A stretch of 64,000 bases of DNA from Anaeramoeba ignava BMAN (lineage: Eukaryota > Protista > Anaeramoebae), in assembly GCA_028826165.1 (NCBI GenBank), contig JAPDFW010000136.1, positions 682,001 through 746,000 of the forward strand, written 5' to 3'. Below, one piece after another: positions 58,133 to 64,000 of the stretch (the stretch's first letter is position 1; every line of letters starts with the position of its first letter). A model generated the notes under the pieces. It did not search any database and was not told where the DNA came from. It saw nothing but the letters and a program-made list of their open reading frames with translations. Position numbers and translations under genes: made by a program.

Positions 58133-59626
58133 TTCCAAATTAATTCCAAATTAATTCCTTTTTTTTCATTTTTTTGATTTTTTTCATTTTTTTTCATTTT
58201 TGATTTTTTGAAAGAATAAAAAAATTTCAAAATCCAATTTTTAATTTTTAAGTTTTAATTTAATAAATTTATTTAAAATATAAATTAAAATTAAAATTAT
58301 TTAAAATTATTATTTAAAATTATTATTAATTCTTTTATTTTTTTGAATAACAAAATCAAAAAAAAATTAAATTTAAAAAATAAAAATTTAGAAGAGTTAG
58401 AATTAAAGAAATAATATAAATTAATTTAAAAATATAATTTAATATTTAATTTTATTTTTAAAATAATAATTTAATGTTTTAGATTTAAATATTATATTAT
58501 TTAAATATTTAACATATAAATATAAAAATGGGAATAGATTTAATTTAATATCTAATTTATAAATTAATTTAAAAATATAATTTAATATTTAATTCCATTA
58601 TTAAAACAATAATTTAATGTTTTAGATTTAAATATTTTATTATTTAAATATTTAACATAAAAATATAAAAATAAGAATAGATTTAATTTAATATTCAATT
58701 TATAAATTAATTTAAAAATATAATTTAATATTTAATTTATTGTTTTAAAATATTAATTTATTGTTTTAGATTTAAATATTTTATTATTTAAATATTTAAC
58801 ATAAAAATATAAAAATGAGAATAGATTTAATTTAATATTTAATTTATAAATTAATTTAAAAATATAATTTAATATTTAATTTTATTATTAAAATAATAAT
58901 TTAATGTTTTTAGATTTAAATATTTTATTATTTAAATATTTAACATATAAATATAAAAATTTAGAAGAGTTAGAATTAAAGAAATAATATAAATTAATTT
59001 AAAAATATAATTTAATATTTAATTTTATTATTAAAATAATAATTTAATGTTTTAGATTTAAATATTTTATTATTTAAAAATTAAACATATAAATATAAAA
59101 AATGAAAATATATTTAATTTAATATTTAATTAATAATTTAATTTAAAAATATAATTTAATAATTAATTTTATTATTAAAATAATAATTTAATGTTTTAGA
59201 TTTAAATATTTTATTATTTAAAAATATTTTGAAAATTGATTTTTTTAAATTAAAATTTTATCTTTTTTTTGAATTAAATTGAATTAATATTAATTTGGAA
59301 ATTTGTTTTAAAATTTAAATTTATTAATAATTTTTAAATTCCAAAAAAAAAAATTAAATTAAAAATTAAATTAAAATAATTTTCCTTTTTTTTTAATAAA
59401 AAAAATTAATAAAAAATAATAATAATTTATTAATAAATTAATTTAAAATAATAAATTAAAAAGAAAATTAAATTAATTATTAATTTAAATTTATTCTTAT
59501 TTTTTATATTTTTATTTATTTTCAAAATCCACTTTTTTTATTTAAATTTTTTTTTTATTTAAATTTTTTTTTTCATTTTTTTCCTTTTTTTTTAAAACAA
59601 AAACAAAACAAAAAACAAAAAACAAA

Positions 59627-61384
59627 ATGGATAATAAAAACAAAAAACAACATAAACACAAACATCAACATAAACATCAACATAAACATCAACATAAGCA
59701 TCAACATAAACATCAACACAAAACAAACAAAATGCACAAGAAGGATAATAACAATAACAATAACAATAACAATAACAATAACAATAACAATAACAATAAC
59801 AATAACAATAACAATAACAATAACCAAATTGAAAATGCAAATCAAAATGCAAATCAAAATGCAAATCAAAATGCAAATCAAAATGCAAATCAAAATGCAA
59901 ATCAAAATCAAAATCAAATTGAAATGAAAAATTTAGAAAAAAAAGTAACAAAAAATTTAATTAAAGATTATTCAAACCTTTTAAATGGAAATTCATTTAA
60001 AGATTTTTCAATTTTTGTTGAGAATAAATCAAATCCTTTTGAAATTAAAGTTCATAAATCAATTTTATCTTCAAGATCTCCTTTTTTTAATGAATCATTA
60101 AGGCAAGAATCTCTTTCTATTTCTTTAAATCAATTTAATAAAAAAGAAATGGAATCAATTTTAAGTTATATTTATTATGGAAATATTTCTTTTGAGAATC
60201 AAGAAAATCTTATTCAATTATTGGAAATTTCAATTTATTTTAAATTAAATTTATTGAAAGAAATTATTCAAAAAAAAATTTTAAATTCAATTAATTATTC
60301 AAATTTTTTCCAATTTTTTTTCCAAAATCGAAATTTAAATTCAAATGAAATTGAAATAAAATGTTTTGAATTAATAAATAAAAATTTTTCCCAAATTCAA
60401 AATAATGAGAATTTATTCAATTTAACTAAAGAAGAAATTATCAAATTTATTCAATTTAAACAAGAAAAAAAAGAAATTTTTCAATTTGATTTTTTTCAAT
60501 TTTTAAATAATTGGATTAAAAAAAGAAATCAAAGATTAAAAGGAAAGAAATATGAACACAAAATGAATTCAAAGAAAAGATTATTTCATTCTTTTTTTTC
60601 ATTATTTGATAAAGATTCAATTTCAAAACAAGATTTTGATAAATTAAAACAATTTGATATTTTTCTTCCAAATTCTATTTTAGTTGATATTCAAAACAAA
60701 GTTATTCAAGATAATCAAAAAGAAATTGAAAATAAAGAAAAGGAAATTGAAGAGAAATGGAAGAAAGAAATTGAGAATTTGAAATCCAAATTTGAATTAA
60801 TGGAATATGAAAAGAAAATGCAAGAATTGAAAAAGAATTTTCCTCAATTTTCAGATTCAGAAATTGTTCAAGATATTGAATATGTTAAGAAATTACAAGA
60901 ATGGATAAATGATAATGATTTTTTTTCTAAAATGAAAAAAGGATTTTCAGCAAAAAGAGATGGATTTAATTCTCAAAATTGGCATAAAGCAGTTGATGGG
61001 AAAGGAAAAACATTAGTTATTATCAAAACAAAAGATAATTTTATTTTTGGAGGTTTTACTCAAGTTGGATTTAATGGAAATACAGGAAACATTAATGATT
61101 CAAATGCATTTATTTTTTCATTAAGAAATGATAAAGGGGATAGAATACCTGCAAAGTTTACATATAAACAAAATTATGCAATTTATTCTGAGTTAGATAG
61201 AGGTCCAAGGTTTGGTGGAGATGATTTTGTTTTAGTTTCTAATTTACAACCTGGTTATTCAAATTTTGGTTATAGTTATAATCTACCTAATGGAATTACT
61301 TATCAATCAAATGAAGCTCAAAGTTATTTAGCTGGTTCTTATAATTCATGGGTTGTTGATGAAGTTGAAACTTATTTCATTTAA
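59627..61384 (+). CDS. BTB(-BACK) + coiled coil + TLDc protein, copy 2, with expanded HQHK/poly-N/NANQ N-terminus
   Basis: Paralog of 51666-53288. Confidence 0.9.
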   Translation: MDNKNKKQHKHKHQHKHQHKHQHKHQHKHQHKTNKMHKKDNNNNNNNNNNNNNNNNNNNNNNNNNNQIENANQNANQNANQNANQNANQNANQNQNQIEMKNLEKKVTKNLIKDYSNLLNGNSFKDFSIFVENKSNPFEIKVHKSILSSRSPFFNESLRQESLSISLNQFNKKEMESILSYIYYGNISFENQENLIQLLEISIYFKLNLLKEIIQKKILNSINYSNFFQFFFQNRNLNSNEIEIKCFELINKNFSQIQNNENLFNLTKEEIIKFIQFKQEKKEIFQFDFFQFLNNWIKKRNQRLKGKKYEHKMNSKKRLFHSFFSLFDKDSISKQDFDKLKQFDIFLPNSILVDIQNKVIQDNQKEIENKEKEIEEKWKKEIENLKSKFELMEYEKKMQELKKNFPQFSDSEIVQDIEYVKKLQEWINDNDFFSKMKKGFSAKRDGFNSQNWHKAVDGKGKTLVIIKTKDNFIFGGFTQVGFNGNTGNINDSNAFIFSLRNDKGDRIPAKFTYKQNYAIYSELDRGPRFGGDDFVLVSNLQPGYSNFGYSYNLPNGITYQSNEAQSYLAGSYNSWVVDEVETYFI

Positions 61385-62779
61385 AAATTAATTAATAATA
61401 AGAAAATCAAACTTTTTTTTTTTAATTTTTTTTTTCAAAATTTAATTCAATTTTAATTTACTTTTAATCAAATTAATTTCTTTAAAATAATAAATAAGAA
61501 ACAAATTTAATTTTAAATAATTTAATTTTAATTTAAAATATTTATTAAAAATTTAATTAATAAAAAATAATCCAAAAAAAAAATAATAAATTTTAAAAAA
61601 TTGAATATTTTTAATATAATAAATAAAAATAAAAATTGAAAATAGAAATTAATAATAATTAAATTTAAATTCATTAATTAAAATATTAAAATAAAAAAAA
61701 TCAAATAAAATTTATTATTAATTAATATTTAAATATTAATAAATTATAATCAAAATCAAAAATAGAATAATTAGTAAATTATTTTTTTAGAAAGTTTATC
61801 TTATTCAATCATGTTAAATTCAATTTATTTAAAATTTTTAATTTTTAATTTTATTTTTTAATATATTTTATTATAATTAAAATTGAATTAATAAATAATT
61901 AAAAATATTAATATAATAAATAAAAATATTATATTAAATTAAAATAAAATAAATTTAAATTAAATCATTATTAAATATTATTAAAATTAAATATTTATAT
62001 TTTATTAAAATATTTATTCCACTTTTTAATATATTTTATTATAATTAAAATTGGAATAATAAATAATCAAAAATATTAATATAATAAATAAAAATATTAT
62101 ATCAAATTAAAATTAAAATAAATTTAAATTAAATTATTATTAAATATTATTAAAATTAAATATTTATCTTTATTAAAATATTTATTCCACTTTTTTATTA
62201 AGAAAAATTGAATTATTTAAATAAATAATCAAAATATTAATAAAATAAATAAAAATATAATCAAATTTAAAATAAAATAAATTTAAATTAAATTATTTAT
62301 TATTAAATATTTATATTTATTAAAATATTTCAATTTTCTTTTCAATTTTATTAAATTATTGAGAATAATTTTATATTATTTTAAATAAAGAAATATTAAT
62401 AAAATATATAAAATATAATTAATTCTAAATTTAGTTATTTAATATTCTTTATTCCATTTTTGAAATAAATTAATGAAAACATTTTATAATTTTATTAAAT
62501 TATTGAGAATAATTTTATATTATTTTAAATAAAAGAAATATTAATAAAATATATAAAATATAATTAATTTTTAGGGGAATTTATTTATTTAATATTCTTT
62601 ATTCCATTTTTGAAATAAATTAATGAAAAGATTTTATCAATTTTATTAAATTATTTGAATTAGTTTATATTATTTTAAATAAAATTAAATATTAATAAAA
62701 TATATAAAAAATAAATTAATTCTAAATTTAATTATTTAATATTCTTTATTCCATTTTGAAATCAAATTAAATAAAATAT

Positions 62780-63030
62780 TTTTTAATTGAAAGAAAAGAA
62801 AAATAATATAAATTTCCAAAATTAAAATTAAAATTAAAATTAAAGTGAAAAATCAAAATCGTAAATTAAAATTAAGATTATAGTGAATCAAAAGTAATAA
62901 AATTTCAAATATAAAATTAAAAAATTAAAATAAAATTAAAGATTAAAATTCAAATTACACAAGAAATAATTAATGAAATTCAAATTAAAATTGAAAATTT
63001 TAAAATTAAATCAAACAAAAAATAAAATTA
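62780..63030 (+). pseudogene. Heavily degraded counterpart of the 54352-54676 BTB fragment
   Basis: Residual matches TTGAAAGAAAAGAAAA..TATAAATTTCCAAAATTAA, GATTATAGTGAAT, ATTACACAAGAAATAATT and TTAAATCAAACAAA, interspersed with AAAATT. Confidence 0.6.
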
Positions 63031-63288
63031 AAATTAAAAATTTAAAATTAAAATTAAAATTAAAATTAAAATTAAAATTAAAATTAAAATTAAAATTAAA
63101 ATTAAAATTAAAATTAAAATTAAAATTAAAATTAAAATTAAAATTAAAATTAAAATTAAAATTAAAATTAAAATTAAAATTAAAATTAAAATTCCAAAAT
63201 TTTATTTTTCATTTTTTCATTTTTCAATTTTTTTAAAAAAAAAAAGGAAAATTAATTTTTTAACATTTTTTTAATAAAAAAAGAGAAT

Positions 63289-63975
63289 ATGAATATGAAT
63301 ATGAATATGAATAAAATTCCAAAACAGTTTAAATTAAAGAAATACAATAAATTTTTAAGAAAACAAGCAAACACACAAATTGGTTTGATTTTTGGAGATA
63401 AAAAAAGTTCAGATTTTAAAATTTATTGTGGAAAAGATCAGGTTATGATTCCTTGTCACAAATTAATTTTAGAAGCTCGTTCAAAATATTTTATGATAAT
63501 AAAAAAAGAGAACCAAACAAATACAATCCATTTTAATAATTTTAGCTCAGAAATTGTCAAACCAATAATTAAATTTTTTTATAACGGAAAATTTAAATTT
63601 GATAAACAAAAATTTGATGAATATTTTAATTTTGCGAAGAAAATCAAATCAAGAGAAATTCAAACAAAAATTGAACTTGAAATTGAATCGATTTTGAATG
63701 TGGAAAATATTGTGGAAATTTATTTTAAAACCCAAAAAATTAATTCACAAAATCTTTATCAAATTTGTCAGCAATTCATTTCAGAAAATTTTGAATCGAT
63801 CATTTCAAATCCAAATTTCAAAACCAAATTGAATCAAAACCAAATCAATGATTTTATCGTGTTAATTGATTCAAACCACGAAATCAAAAACAACAAAAAA
63901 ATTATTCAATTAATTCAATCCAAAAAAGAAGATGATGAAAAATTCTTTCCAAAAGATTTTTTAAGCATGGTATAA
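63289..63975 (+). CDS. BTB/POZ(-BACK) protein; probably continues past the window after a donor near 63971
   Basis: SDFKIYCG..CHKLILEARSKYF..IIKFFYNG..LNVENIVEIY. The ORF ends at ATG|GTATAA, a likely 5' splice site. Confidence 0.8.
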   Translation: MNMNMNMNKIPKQFKLKKYNKFLRKQANTQIGLIFGDKKSSDFKIYCGKDQVMIPCHKLILEARSKYFMIIKKENQTNTIHFNNFSSEIVKPIIKFFYNGKFKFDKQKFDEYFNFAKKIKSREIQTKIELEIESILNVENIVEIYFKTQKINSQNLYQICQQFISENFESIISNPNFKTKLNQNQINDFIVLIDSNHEIKNNKKIIQLIQSKKEDDEKFFPKDFLSMV

Positions 63976-64000
63976 ATAAAAAAAAACAAAAGCAAATCCA

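Larger units (their letters stand above)
47020..63235 (+). repeat. Tandem segmental duplication: two ~8 kb units (~47020-54790 and ~54790-63235), each [RCC1-BTB, HSP20, BTB-TLDc, BTB fragment]
   Basis: Genes and intergenic sequence are colinear and near-identical (e.g. 49005-49330 vs 56652-56975). Confidence 0.92.

Noticed and set aside
1-64000. tRNA, rRNA or snRNA genes
   Set aside because: No GC-rich structured non-coding segment was recognised by eye. A tRNAscan-SE or Infernal run would be needed to exclude them.

Overview
Extremely AT-rich, gene-dense eukaryotic (protist) DNA with GT-AG spliceosomal introns, abundant hexamer microsatellites and many BTB-domain genes. The style resembles Anaeramoeba-like anaerobic metamonads, which is inference only. 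About 25 protein genes are recognisable: two paralogous TM+PH-like genes, a triple-PH protein, an ARM-repeat protein, zeta-COP, a PHD protein, Icp55/XPNPEP3, an F-box+TMEM185 protein, VAC14, two ankyrin-BTB genes, PRA1, two TauE/SafE transporters, a TLDc protein, a Furry-like protein, a tandemly duplicated [RCC1-BTB, HSP20, BTB-TLDc] cassette and a terminal BTB gene. The main finding is in the two minus-strand ankyrin-BTB genes (25820-31257 and 37670-39408). Each ankyrin repeat sits on its own 93-102 nt phase-0 exon. The variable beta-hairpin residues (the x-x of D-x-x-G-x-TPLH) are encoded by separate single-codon microexons (AG|NNN|GT), usually in tandem pairs. I count 15 intact 3-nt microexons, one 6-nt microexon and one degenerate 3-nt microexon. 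The ORF track misses all of this. A Mutator-like transposase relic lies in one intron of the first ankyrin gene, in a stretch that looks like a chimeric consensus. Several frameshifts in homopolymers or repeats are probably sequencing errors.
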